The notes beneath the pieces were generated by a model. The model had not been told where the DNA came from. It ran no database searches and was given only the letters and a program-made list of their open reading frames with translations. From Eledone cirrhosa (lineage: Eukaryota), in the NCBI GenBank assembly GCA_964016885.1, contig OZ024748.1, positions 18,724,001 to 18,788,000 of the forward strand: a stretch of DNA of 64,000 nt, read 5' to 3'. Below, one piece after another: positions 26,745 to 41,000 of the stretch. Each line of letters opens with the position of its first letter. The stretch's first letter is position 1. The position numbers and the translations under genes are program-made.

Positions 26745-28742
26745 CTAAAACAAAAACAAGAACAAAACTAATTATTTAAAAAAAAATGTTTACAAGACAA
26801 CAAATTTTGATGGGGGGTCAGGAGTACAGTTAGTACAAACACACACACAGACGCACTCACATAATACATACATACATACATACACACATACATACATACA
26901 CATAAATACATACATATACATACACTCCAACATACACACAAATATATACACATCCATACCTACACACATACATACATATACATACACACATACATACATA
27001 TACACACATGCTTACATACACACACATATATATATATATACTTACATACACACATACACACGCACTAACATACATATATATATATATTATATTATATTTT
27101 GAGAATAAACTCTCAGTCTTTTACAATAATTAAGCTCCAGGAAGGGGTCCTTCCGAGCAGTTAATACATTTAAAGTATATGATAAACACGAAATGTGTTT
27201 ACATTGCAACAGACAAAGTTAGCTATTAATGAAATAAACTAAAGGCCAATATAATCTTGTCTTTATTGACTTGTATCGAGACAGACAAATTGTATTCACT
27301 TTTATTAGTTTATTTCATTAATAGCTAACTTTGTCTGTTGCAATGTAAACACATTTCGTGTTTATCATATACTTTAAATGTATATATATATATATATATA
27401 TACACTTACATACACACATACTGACATACATACATATATACACACATACATACATACACTTACACCTGCTGAGAATACATAGTAGTCACTCACGAATACA
27501 TTTAGGTATCCACCGTGTTAAGAGGGAAAACAAATTTTGTGTTTTATATATGTACATCATCATCATCATCATCATCGTTTAACGTCCATCTTCCACGCTA
27601 GCATGGGTTTGGACGGGAATTTTCCCACTTGAGGCAAGAGTGGTTGTCTTGCTCGCATAGGACTGTCTGGCGGGTTTTCTACGGCTGGATGCCCTTCCTA
27701 ACACCAACCACGTATACAGTGTGGACTGGGAGGTTTTTACCGTGTTACCTACACGGCCACATTACAGCGTGGACTGTGTGTTTTTTTGTCGTGACACCTG
27801 AACGACCTCATTTGTTTCGGACTGGATGTTGTGGTACCAACATAACTTTACATTGGAAGGGGTAGTGTGGATAGGTGGGGGTAGTGGGGCCGGGGTGTAT
27901 TTTTGTTAGAGGTGCCTACTGACTGTAGGTTTCGCTTTGTACATATATATATATATCAGAGTGTTGTAGTTTACTTGAATCATTGTTGAATAGGAAATAT
28001 AAATTCAAATAATTTAAAAAGCGATACAATACATTAGAAAATTAAAGGTGCCAAGAAAACAATAGAATTTTACCTTAGTTAATTTAATTATCCAAAATAT
28101 TTTCGGGTTTAAAAACCCATTATCAAGAGAGTATCCCTGTGAAGGTCTTAAAAGATCCTCATTATCTTGGCACCTTTAATTTTCTAATGCATTGTATGGC
28201 TTTTAAAATTATTTAAATTTATATATATATAAATATATATATGATGGTTGCAACTCGACTTCAAGCAATGACATCGCTTGACACTCAGGCATGAGCATCA
28301 TAGACATGGCCCCTCAGTCCTGCCAGGAAGCTGTCCATGGCCAGCAACGCCATGCATTGCAAAAGAATGTCACATACATATATATATATATATACATACA
28401 TACATACATATATATACATGGCTTAGTGGTTAGAGCATTGGGCTTGCAATCGAAAGGTTGTGAGTTCAATTCTCAGACCAGGTGATGTGTTGTTTCCTTG
28501 AGCAAGACACTTTATTTCACATTGCTCCAGTTTACTCAGCTGTAGAAATGAGATGATAGGGACTGGGGGTCCATATCATTCCACTGCAAAGTGGTCGTGG
28601 AGGTGCCACGGCAAAAAAGCACCCAGCACTCACTGTAAAAATGAGGTTGGTGTTAGGAAGGGCATCCAGCTGTAGAAAACAAGCCAGAACCAGTTCCCGT
28701 CCCACTCTTGAAAGCAGGGAAAAGCGGACGTAAAATTAAATG

Positions 28743-28774
<32 letters not shown>

Positions 28775-31700
28775 GAGGTGAAGGAGTGCGGCTGAGTGGT
28801 AAGAGAATTGGATTCACAATCATGATGTTGTGAGTTCGATTCCCGGGCTGGCGCTGCGTTATGTCCTTGAGCAAGACATTTTATTTCACGTTGCTCCTTC
28901 TACCTGGAGTTGCAACCAATAGAAAGTATTAGCAATTGGAAAGACCAATGGAAACATTATTTCCTCGGTCCGATTTGACGAAAGTTGATCGACTATATAT
29001 ATATATAACTCATCCTAGAGTGGAAGATGGACGTTAAACGATGATGATGATGATGATATATATGTATAACCTACCTCTGAACAGTATGAAATTCTAGTGA
29101 CATGTTCATTGTGTGATCTCGGTCTTCTAGTTTCTGGTGTTCTACAATATAATGACAAATAACATGAACACAACAATATATAGAGACTATATAAGTAATA
29201 TGTAAATTTATGCAAATGTTGGATGTGTTTTCATCAAATATAACTGTTTGATGATTCAACTATCACAATAACAACCATCACCACACCACCGCCACCACCA
29301 CCACCACCACCACCACCACCACCACTACAACAACCTCACCTCTACATCACTACAGCAACAATAACAAACACCACACCATCACAACAACAACCACAACACA
29401 ACCACAACTACCACAACAATAACCACTACAATAACAACCACCACAACTACCACCACCACAACAATAACCGCTACAGTAACAGCCACCACAACTACAACCA
29501 TGACACCACTACAACCACCACCACACTACCACCACCACAACAACTACACCACCTGAAATACTACCACTACACCACCACAACTACCACCACTACAACCACA
29601 ACTACCACCACCACCACCACAACTACTACCATCACACCACCACAACTACTATTACCACATCACCACAACTACAACCATCACACTACCACAACCACCACCA
29701 CAACAACAACTACACCACCTTAAGTACTACCACCACTCCACCCGCCACTACAACCACAACTACCATCACCATAACAATCACCATTCTACAAAGAAAGCCC
29801 CCCCCCCCCCCCCCCAAAAAAAAAAAACAGTTTTCACTTACCCAGTTCTGGTATGTCTTGAGGAAGAGGAAGTTGATATCTGAAGTAGGAAGAAATGGAT
29901 TATGGGTATTGTATAAGAAATATAGACTGAGCTAATATGATTGATTTCTTTGGTATTGATTTATTGTTGTTGTTTAATAGAGCCTGTTGTTGTTTGATAG
30001 CATCTGTTTTTGTTTGATAATGTTTGATAGAGTCTGTTGTTGTTTGATAAAGGCTGTTATTGTTTGATAGTGTCTGTTGTTGTTTGATAGTGTCTGTTGT
30101 TGTTTGATAAAGACTGTTATTGTTTGATAGTGTCTGTTGTTGTTTGATAGTGTCTGTTGTTGTTTGATAAAGACTTATTGTTTAATAGTGTCTGTTGTTG
30201 TTTGATAAAGGCTGTTATTGTTTGATAGTGTCTGTTGTTGATTGATAAAGACTGTTATTGTTTGATAGTGTCTGTTGTTGTTTGATAGTGTCTGTTGTTG
30301 TTTGATAGTGTCTGTTGTTGTTTGATAAAGACTTATTGTTTAATAGTGTCTGTTGTTGTTTGATAGAGTCTGTTGTTGTTTGATAAAGGCTGTTATTGTT
30401 TGATAGTGTCTGTTGTTGATTGATAAAGACTGTTATTGTTTGATAGTGTCTGTTGTTGTTTGATAGTGTCTGTTGTTGTTTGATAAAGACTTATTGTTTA
30501 ATAGTGTCTGTTGTTGTTTGATAGAGTCTGTTGTTGTTTGATAAAGACTGTTGTTGTTTGATAGTGTCTGTTGTTGTTTGATAAAAACTGTTATTGTTTG
30601 ATAATGTTTTACAGTGTCTGACATTAGTCAAGTACTGGGGTTGATATAATCAACTCCCTCACCCCACAAATTGTACCTAAATTAAAAATGCTTCTTACTC
30701 ACCTTATGGGTCGCTGTAGGATCATGTATTATAGTTGGGGATGGTTCCATTGTCTCACTAGTTTGGTATCTGTAATGGCAAACAAACAGTACATTTTACA
30801 CTAGTTTATATATATATATATGTGAAGGCGTGTGGCTGAGTGGTTAGAGAATTGGATTCGCAATCGTAAGGTTGTGAGTTCGATTCCTGGACCAGGTGAT
30901 GCGTTATGTCCTTGAGCAAGACACTTTATTTCACGTTGCTCCTTCTACCTGGAGTTGCGACCGATAGATAGTACTAGCAATTGGAAAGATCAACGGAAAC
31001 ATTGTTCCCTCGGTCCGATTTGACGAAAGTCGATCGTTCCTTTATATATATATGATGGCTGAAAACTCTGCTAAGGGTATTGCAATTGCTTGTAACAGAT
31101 CCTGAACAAGCAATGCCTGTGCTTTGAAGGTTTTGAAGTGGGGAAAGGCCTTGCACTCGACCAATCCCACTCTCTGAGCATCGAAAACACTACCCGAAAA
31201 GGAGAACTGGTCAACATCATCGGATGCTTCCGAAGCTGCAGGTTTTTTTTCAGAGTTTCCCTCTCCTAGAAAGGTGGTGTGACAACAACTGGGGGGGGGG
31301 GGGGGGGCCTTTCACTCCCAGGTGAAAAAAATAAAAAAATGTACTATTTGGATGGCCGTTGACTCTGCTGAGTTTCTCTGCCCTTTGTCGGGTCTTGTAT
31401 TTCATCCAGCAGGGTGTCCAAATATCACCCGCCATGGTGTGCTTGCTTTGGTACCAACACCAGTAATTCACTGAATCACATAAACTATATATATATATGT
31501 CTGTGTGTGTGTGTGTGTGTGTGCGTGTCTGTGTGTGTGTGTGTGTGCGTGCGTGTCTGTGTGTGTGTGTGTGTGCGTGTCTGTGTGTGTGTGTGTGCGC
31601 GCGCACGTGTGTCTGTGTGTGTGTAGGGTTAAAGCCTGTCCCAAGCCCAGAGGCTCATCAGGTAATACTGAGCTAACAATGGAGTAAATTAATAACAGGC

Positions 31701-34700
31701 AACTCGGTAATTATTACTCACCTGTAATTTACAGGCATCTTCATCACATTAGGTTTCACCTGCTCTTTCCTGATACTCACTGGTTCATTCAAAGAACTGT
31801 ATGCCGGGGGTGGAGGTGATGTCTCCTTAGAATGTCTGTTATAAGGGGACAAATTGCCATCATTTGTCTCACCAACGCCCCCTTCTACCTCCTCTTCCTC
31901 CTCTTCAACTCCATGAATTGATGAGTGTGGATTCCGGGAACTGATTTTGTCCCTAAAAATTAAGGTTTCACAGTCAGATGTTAAATATATTTATACAAAG
32001 ACAACAACAACAACAACAACAACAATAGATTTTTTTTAACCCTTTAGCATTTAAACCAGCCATATCCAGCCAGAATTCTCTCACCTCTTTCTGTTCAAAC
32101 TAGCTGTAACCGGCCACTCATGCTGATGTTAAGGTATTGTTCTCAAAAATAAATAATTGTTTCTACTTTTGGCACAAGGCCAGCAATTACCCCAATGCAT
32201 TACTGGTACTTTATTTTATCAACCCCCGTAAGGATAAAAGGCAAAGTTAACCTCGTCAGGATTTGAACTCAGACCATGAAGGGTAGTAACCCTATGCTGC
32301 AAAGCATAGCTTCCGACCCTCTACCAATACTGCCAATCCATCTCAAAATAAATGATATCAAAATCATAGATTCAATATTATGTGAGGTAAAACCTTTACC
32401 GTGGAAATACAACAGTAAATGTAGAGTAATGTAAATGGTAAAGGGCTAAAGTAATTTTCCATGAAAAATAGAGCTTACTTTGGTATTAACCAGCATCTGA
32501 AGATGTAAAGACTTGTAACTTGTCCCCAGCTGAGGATAGAGAGGCTGAGAAGAGTAGATAGGGGTGGTGTTACCCACAGCTGAGAATAGAGAGGGTGAGA
32601 AGAGTAGATAGGGGTGGTGGTGTTACCCACAGCTGAGGATAGAGAGGGTGAGAAGAGTAGATAGGGGTGGTGTTACCCACAGCTGAGAATAGAGAGGGTG
32701 AGAAGAGTAGATAGGGGTGGTGGTGTTACCCACAGCTGAGGATAGAGAGGGTGAGAAGAGTAGATAGGGGTGGTGTTACCCACAGTTGAGAATAGAGAGG
32801 GTGAGAAGAGTAGATAGGGGTGGTGGTATTACCCACAGCTGAGGATAGAGAGGGTGAGAAGAGTAGATAGGGGTGGTGTTACCCACAGCTGAGGATAGAG
32901 AGGGTGAGAAGAGTAGATAGGGGTGGTGTTACCCACAGTTGAGAATAGAGAGGGTGAGAAGAGTAGATAGGGGTGGTGGTATTACCCACAGCTGAGGATA
33001 GAGAGGGTGAGAAGAGTAGATAGGGGTGGTGTTACCCACAGCTGAGAATAGAGAGGGTGAGAAGAGTAGATAGGGGTGGTGTTACCCACAGCTGAGGATA
33101 GAGAGGGTGAGAAGAGTAGATAGGGGTGGTGTTACCCACAGCTGAGGATAGAGAGGGTGAGAAGAGTAGATAGGGGTGGTGTTACCCACAGCTGAGGATA
33201 GAGAGGGTGAGAAGAGTAGATAGGGGTGGTGTTACCCACAACTGAGGACAGAGAGGCTGAGAAGAGTAGATAGGCGTGGTGTTACCCACAGCTGAGGATA
33301 GAGAGGCTGAGAAGAGTAGATAGGGGTGGTGTTACCCACAGCTGAGGATAGAGAGGCTGAGAAGAGTAGATAGGGGTGGTGTTACCCACAGCTGAGGATA
33401 GAAAGGCTGAGAAGAGTAGATAGGGGTGGTGTTACCCACAGCTGAGGATAGAGAGGGTGAGAAGAGTAGATAGGGGTGGTGTTACCCACAGCTGAGGATA
33501 GAGAGGGTGAGAAGAGTAGATAGGGGGGAGGGTGTTACCCACAGCTGAGGATAGAGAGGCTGAGAAGAGTAGATAAGGGTGGTGTTACCCACAGCTGAGA
33601 ATAGAGAGGGTGAGAAGAGTAGATAGGGGGGGGGGGGTGTTACCCACAGCTGAGGATAGAGAGGCTGAGAAGAGTAGATAGGGGTGGTGTTACCCACAGC
33701 TGAGGATAGAGAGGCTGAGAAGAGTAGATAGGGGTGGTGTTACCCACAGCTGAGGATAGAGAGGCTGAGAAGAGTAGATAGGGGTGGTGTTACCCACAGC
33801 TGAGGATAGAGAGGGTGAGAAGAGTAGATAGGGTGGTGTTACCCACAGCTGAGGATAGAGAGAGTGAAAGGAGAAGATAGGGGTGGTGTACTTACCCACA
33901 ACTGATGATAGAGAGGGTAAAAGGAGAAGATAGGGGTGGTGTACTTACCCACAGCTGAGGATAGAGAGGGTAAAAGGAGAAGATAGGGGTGGTGTACTTA
34001 CCCACAACTGATGATAGAGAGGGTAAAAGGAGAAGATAGGGGTGGTGTACTTACCCACAACTGCGACTCCTAGATTTGGTGTAGTGCTTTGATTTTGGAG
34101 AATGTTTGATACGGAACGGTTGGCTCTTGGTTCTGGGGGGGAAGAGTTTATAGAAAAACAGACAATTAGGGGTGAGCTAACAAGGTGGGTTATATAGTAG
34201 GGTATATTTTAGGGTGGGTGGTGTAGGTACTGGGGTATATGGTGGTGGTGTAGTTACTGGAGTATATAGCTGGGTAGATATTGGGGTACATGACTGGATC
34301 AGTGGGGAAGTTACTGGGTAGACAGTTTAGTGACTGGAGTACATGAATTTATGTATGGTGGTAGTGGGATTGGATGGATGTGTTAGGTTCTGGGGTATGT
34401 GATTGCATGGGCTAATTACTGGGGTACCTCCTAAGGTAATACCCAGAAATGTCCCAGGTACCCTTGTAGCAGTAGCCAGGGTAGCTACCTCTTATAGCAA
34501 TACCCACCATCAATACCTCACCTTAGCCATCAATACCCCACCTTAGCCATCAACATCCCATCTTAGCCATCAACACCCCACTTTAACTATCAATGCTCCA
34601 CTTTAGCCACCAACATCCTATCAACACCCCACCTTAGCCTTCAACATCCTACTTTAGCCATCAACCCCCATCTTAACCATTAACACCCCATCTTAGCCAT

Positions 34701-37700
34701 CAATACCCGACCTTAGCCATCAACATCCCATCTTAACCATCAACAATCCATCTTAGCCATCAACACCCCACTTTAACTATCAACGCTCCACTTTAGCCAC
34801 CAACATCCTATCAACACCCCACCTTAGCCTTCAACATCCTACTTTAGCCATCAACCCCCATCTTAACCATTAACACCTCATCTTAGGCATCAATACTCCA
34901 CCTTAGCCATCAACATCCCATCTGAGCAATCAACACCCCACCTTAGCCATCAACATTCCACCTTAACCCTCCACACCAGAATAAAATAAGCCATCCTACT
35001 TACTCCACTTTAGTGTAAGGTATTTCCTTCAGTTGATCTTCAGGCCAATCTTCTGTCTCAATTAAATTGTAACTACAAGGAGACAACATAGATATTTTAG
35101 GGTCAAATTGATAAGATATCAAACAATGAAACAAGGGTCAAGTCAACGAAGGGTTAACAGTGAACCAAGGGTCAACAGTGAACCAAGGGTCAACAGTGAA
35201 CCAAGAATCAGCAATGAACCAAGCATCAACAATGAACCAAGAATCAACAGTGAACCAAGGTCAACTAAAGGTCAACAAAAGGTCAACAATCAACAAAGAT
35301 CAACAGTGAACCAAGAGTTAATAGTGACCCAAAGATCAATAGTGAATCAAGGATCAACAGTGAACCAAGGACCAGCAGTCAACCTAGGGTCAACAGCCAC
35401 AACAACAATCTATCATCCTCTATTAAACAGTTTCAGTCTACCTGGCTGTTAAGAGGTACAACATATCTATCAATACAGTTGTAAATAGATTTAAAAGAAA
35501 AAGAAAACCAACAAGACATTTTTATTTTAGCAGGAAGATAAAATGAAATAAATTTTATCTGCCCCTTCCCACACAAACCATAATTTGAAATAAAAAAATC
35601 CAAGAAATTATAATAAAATTTTCTGAACTTACACAAAATGGTTTTTTAGTTCTTCAGGAGGACGTCTGTTAGGAGATTTACTGCGTCTTCTGGAAATACA
35701 ACAACAACAACAACAACAACAGTAGTAGTAAGTACAATATCACGTACATATATATTGTACAGTGACATACACAACACAACACATAAATACACACACACAT
35801 ATATATATATACATGTATGCATTGTGTGTGAGAGGAAGAGAGAAAGTGAGTGTGTGGGTTTGAGAGACAGAGAAAAAGAGAAAAATGACACCAGTTCAGA
35901 ACTGGTACTTTATTAATCTCTCAAAAAGATGAAAGAAAACATTGACTTTGGTGACTATAGAGAGATGGAAAAAATAACTCAGTATAACAACACCAATATC
36001 AATAGTCAGAACTTACCGTCTTCTCCGCTTCTGAAGACCATCAGCTGAGGCACCAACACCAACACCGCCACCAACTGTTGTTGAGGAAAGACTTGGAGAG
36101 ACAGTGCTAAAGATAGGTGAGAGAGAGAGAAAAAGAGTGAGTTTGGAGAGGGAGAGAGAGAGAGACAATACTAAAGATAGGGTAGAGAGAGGAAGAGAGA
36201 GAGAGAGAGACAATACTAAAGATAAAGGAGAGAGAGGGAGAGAAAGTATTTTGAACCATTCATTACGATATTTCTCATGAAATACATTGTTTATGATTTA
36301 CAAATAGTTTAGAAAATAATAAAGAATTTTGAGGGATTTAATAATATAATTAACCTTCCCATTATTAAGTTGGTATTTGGAACATAACTAAACAAAGGTT
36401 CTTTTTGGCACAAGGCCAGAAATTATCCCAGTGTATTACTGGTACTTTATTTTATCGACCCCGTAAGGATGAAAGGCAAAGTTCACCTTGGCGGCATTTG
36501 AACTCAGACCATAAAGGGTTCTTACATAAAAATTATAATGGAAGGTTTTTAGATAAATATAAACACTTTAAATCTTTCATTACAACTTTTCTCATGAAAA
36601 ACATTGCCAATGATTTTCAAATATTCTAGAAAATAATCAAGAATTTGGAATGGATTTAGTAATATAACTTTCTCATTATTAAACTGGTGTTTGGAACACA
36701 ACTTAAATGTTCTTACATATTATTATGATGGCAGGGCTTTAGATAATTACTAGACCACCCATGCCCCTTTGGGTCACGGGTAGTCTAGTAATATATATAG
36801 AGAGGGTTATAATATATAGAGAGGGGATTATAATATATATAGAGAGAAGGTTATAATATATATAGAGAGGGTTATTGGTTATCACGGAGCTGTTGGCTAT
36901 TTATAAAGGTACCCGGAAAAACCCTGTATCTCAGGAAACTGTGCTCTGATTTACATGAAACTTGTTTTATTCCATTTGTACTCCCATTTCAAAGGCAACT
37001 TGCTTTCAAAGTATTTTCCCATTATGCACCATTTTGGCTGTATTAAATTAGATACAAGCACACAATCACAGAGTTTTAGTAGTATATAGATAATCATTTT
37101 AAAAGAAACAGCTTTCTATCATAGAACGAGGGGCAATTTCAGGTGGTTTGGTATTAAAGGGATTACATAGGCACTGATGATAATGGCCTCTCTCTCTGAC
37201 TCTCACCCAAACACGATATTCGCAGGTTTTTTTCTGGTTGATGCCCTTTCTATCATCAACCACTTTATAGCATGGACTCAGTGCCCTTTATCATGCCACC
37301 AGTATTAGTGGGGTTGTCCGTCAGAACTTAAATATACCCTCCACACAGATGGGTTGCCTTCACAACAGTTTAACTTTCAGCACGCTTTAGGTGCATCATG
37401 TCGCCAATAGAGTAATCTCCCCTTAATACATAATGCAGTGTCAAGGGAAGCAATTCATAAAAATTTCTAGTGTGCTAAAGATTAAGGAGCCCATGTCTCC
37501 ACTACACAACTATTTATTTAAAGTCACTGCTCTCTAAGATGGGTTGCCTTTATTATGGCTTATAGAGTCAACATCTACTCTGATATATATAATACACGCA
37601 TACACACACACACAAACACATACATATACACACATGCATAGATATATGATATGTGGTACTGAAGAATCTAATGGCACAGGTTTTATTCATCAGAATTCAT

Positions 37701-37975
37701 TGGAATGACAACAAGAAACATAGAAGAGACAAAATAAAGAAAAAATAGTGAAAAAGAAGAGGTAGAAGAAATAGAAAGAATTGAAGGAAGAAAAATATAT
37801 ATTAAGTTAACTTACTCCTCTCTGACAGTAGATGGTCTTGAGTTATCACCAGAACTGATACCACCTCGTGATGGATATAATGGGGGCCTACGGTTGGAAA
37901 TATCAGAGTCACTGTTACTGGTCGGTTCTTTTCTGGAGGACAGAGATATGATATATATAATATATATATATAATG

Positions 37976-38040
<65 letters not shown>

Positions 38041-41000
38041 GTGTGGTAATGATGGATTAGACACACATACACACACTGACAGGCAGCACACATACATGCA
38101 CAAAAAGTGACAGACAGACACACACAGTGACAGACATGTGCACGCGTGCAAACACACAGAGGATTCCTGTGAGAGAAAGAAAGATAAGTAAGCTTCCTAT
38201 TCTCTTCACAATCATCTATCTTCCTAATAAATACATAGAACAGAGAGAAACACACTTGTTACTGTCAGAAACACACCTGTTACTGCCAGAAACACACCTG
38301 TTATTGCCAGAAACACACCTGTTATTGCCAGAAATACAACACACCTGTTACTGCCAGAAATACATCTGTTACTGTCACAAACACACCTGTTATGACCAGA
38401 AACACAACACACCTGTTATTGTCAGAAACACAACTTACTGTTAGAAACATACCTGTTACTGTCAGAAACACACCTGTTACTGTCAGAAACACACCTGTTA
38501 CTGCTAGAAACACACCTGTTACTGTCAGAAATACACCTGTTACTGCTAGAAACACACCTGTTACTGCCAGAAACACACCTGTTACTGTCAGAAACACACC
38601 TGTTACTGCCAGAAATACACCTGTTACTGTCAGAAACACACCTGTTACTGCTAGAAACACACCTGTTACTGTCAGAAACACACCTGTTACTTACTGCCAA
38701 AAATACACCTGTTACTGTCAGAAATACACCTGTTACTGCCAGAAACACACCTGTTACTGTCAGAAACACACCTGTTACTGCCAGAAACACACCTGTTACT
38801 GTCAGAAACACCTGTTACTGCTAGAAAAACACCTGCTACTGTCAGAAACACACCTGTTACTGCCAAAAATACACCTGTTACTGTCAGAAACACACCTGTT
38901 ACTGCCAGAAACACACCTGTTACTGTCAGAAACACACCTGTTACTGTCAGAAACACACCTGTTACTGCTAGAAACACACCTGTTACTGTCAGAAACACAC
39001 CGGTTACTGTCAGAAACACACCTGTTACTGTCAGAAACACACCTGTTACTGTCAGAATCACACCTGTTACTGCCAGAAACACACCTGTTACTGCCAGAAA
39101 CACACCTGTTACTGTCAGAAACACACCTGCTGCAGCCAGAAACACACATGTTACTGCTAGAAACACACCTGTTACTGTCAGAAACACACCTGTTACTGTC
39201 AGAATCACACCTGCTGCAGCCAGAAACACGCCTGTTACTGCTAGAAACACACCTGTTACTGTCAGAAACACACCTGTTACTGTCAGAAACACACCTGTTA
39301 CAAGGATCAAACAAATATCAGGTAGAAATTTACCTTTGCCGTCTTGTAGTGTTGGATTTTTCACTTTCATTGTCAGAACCTTTCTTATTTGAGGGGTACC
39401 TAACAAAAACAGAATGATAATACAGAGGTGATGACGATGTTATATATAAGGTAGAGTGTAATTTAGAGGATGGGGTGGTGCTGAAAGAAACATTTAACTA
39501 TAAGATATTAACACTCACACAACTGACCAACAACTGACCTTAAAAGAGTGACCAGATCATAGATATACACCATAAATATTTGAGATATTTTGTAAAATGT
39601 CTAATTCTACATTGGGCCTCATTAACCCAAAGCCACATACCCAGGCTTCCAGGATTTTTGGGTCCCCTCTAGTACTTCAATCTTTTATCCAACTACAAAA
39701 AAAAAGTGATGGCTCCTTAGTCCATGTGGAGCCCCTAGGCTTGAGCCAAGTCAGCCCTTATCCTTATATTGCCCTGATTCTACAGAAGAACAACAGAAAC
39801 ATTGATTACTCACCTTTTCTTATAATTCTGTTCACTGTCACTACCAGACATGGCACGGCGCTGTACTTGGAACTTGAGTTTGTCACTTTTTGTTGACATT
39901 GGGGAATCTTTTCCAGATGTGTACAGACCTCTACATAATAATAATAACAATAACGATAATTGTTTCTACATTAGGCACAAGGCCAGCAATTTGAAGGGGA
40001 GGGGAAAGTCGATTAAATCAACCCCAGTATGTTACTGGTACTTTATTTTATCGACCCCATAAGGATGAAAGGCAAAGCTAACCTTGGTGGGATTTGAACT
40101 CAAATCGTAAAGGGGCGTAACTCTATGCCGTGAAGCAGGGTGTCCAGCACTCTACCAATACTACCAATCCACCATTTCTTATTTTGGCACGAGGCCAACA
40201 ATTTGGGGGGGAGGAGAAAGTTGATTAAATCGACCCCAGTGTGTTACTGGTACTTTATTTTTTCAACCCTGTAAGGATGAAAAACAAAGCTAACCTCAAC
40301 AGGATTTGAATTCAGAATGTTAAACCTGTAACTCCAGATTTAGTAATGTAGTACTATATATATAATATATGAAAAAGAATAGGATGATCATTGATGTAAC
40401 ACCTTTCATGAAATGGCCTGCTCTGTTAGCTATGACCTAGGGCTAAACAACAAAGTGAGTAAGATCAATGGTAAAACTAATTCCTTTTAAGGAATGAAGA
40501 CTGATGTGAAGGAATTGGCGAGACTTACCCAGCAGAACTTGATTCCCAGGGATAGGATCTGGTACTCCGTGGTGAGTCTTTACTGGGGAGTTCTGGGAGA
40601 CTCCTTAGACGGGGCCTGGTGAGTATAAGGTAAATAGGGAGAATAAGGTAATTTAAGATTGTTAACATGGAGTGTAGATAGAGAAGACATGCTGGGAAAT
40701 AGGGATTATAGTCAGTTGGGCATATGGTAGATAATGAATATTGCCTATTAGGTGAATATGGTCTGTTGGGTATATGGTAGTGAATATAGTCTATTGGGTA
40801 TATGGTAGTGAATATGAACTGTTGTGTATATAGCAGTAAATATGGTCTATTGGGTATATGGTAGTGAATATGGACTGTTGGGTATATGGTAGTGAATATG
40901 AACTGTTGTGTATATGGCAGTAAATATGGTCTATTGGGTATATGGTAGTGAATATGGACTGTTGGGTATATGGTAGTGAATATGGTCTGTTGGGTATATG

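Noticed and set aside
25760-26779. Overlapping alternative-frame and antisense ORFs over the terminal exon
   Set aside because: By-product of in-frame repeats; only the ESETPG frame fits the splice phase and runs on to the ATEL end
38150-38223. Possible small exon KIDDCEENR between exons n and o
   Set aside because: An acceptor is present but there is no convincing GT donor; not needed for frame
38127-39417. Long ORFs (TVRNTPV, LLLSETH, VTGVFL, SNRCVS repeats)
   Set aside because: A 21-bp unit without stops keeps frames open on both strands; intronic with no splice support
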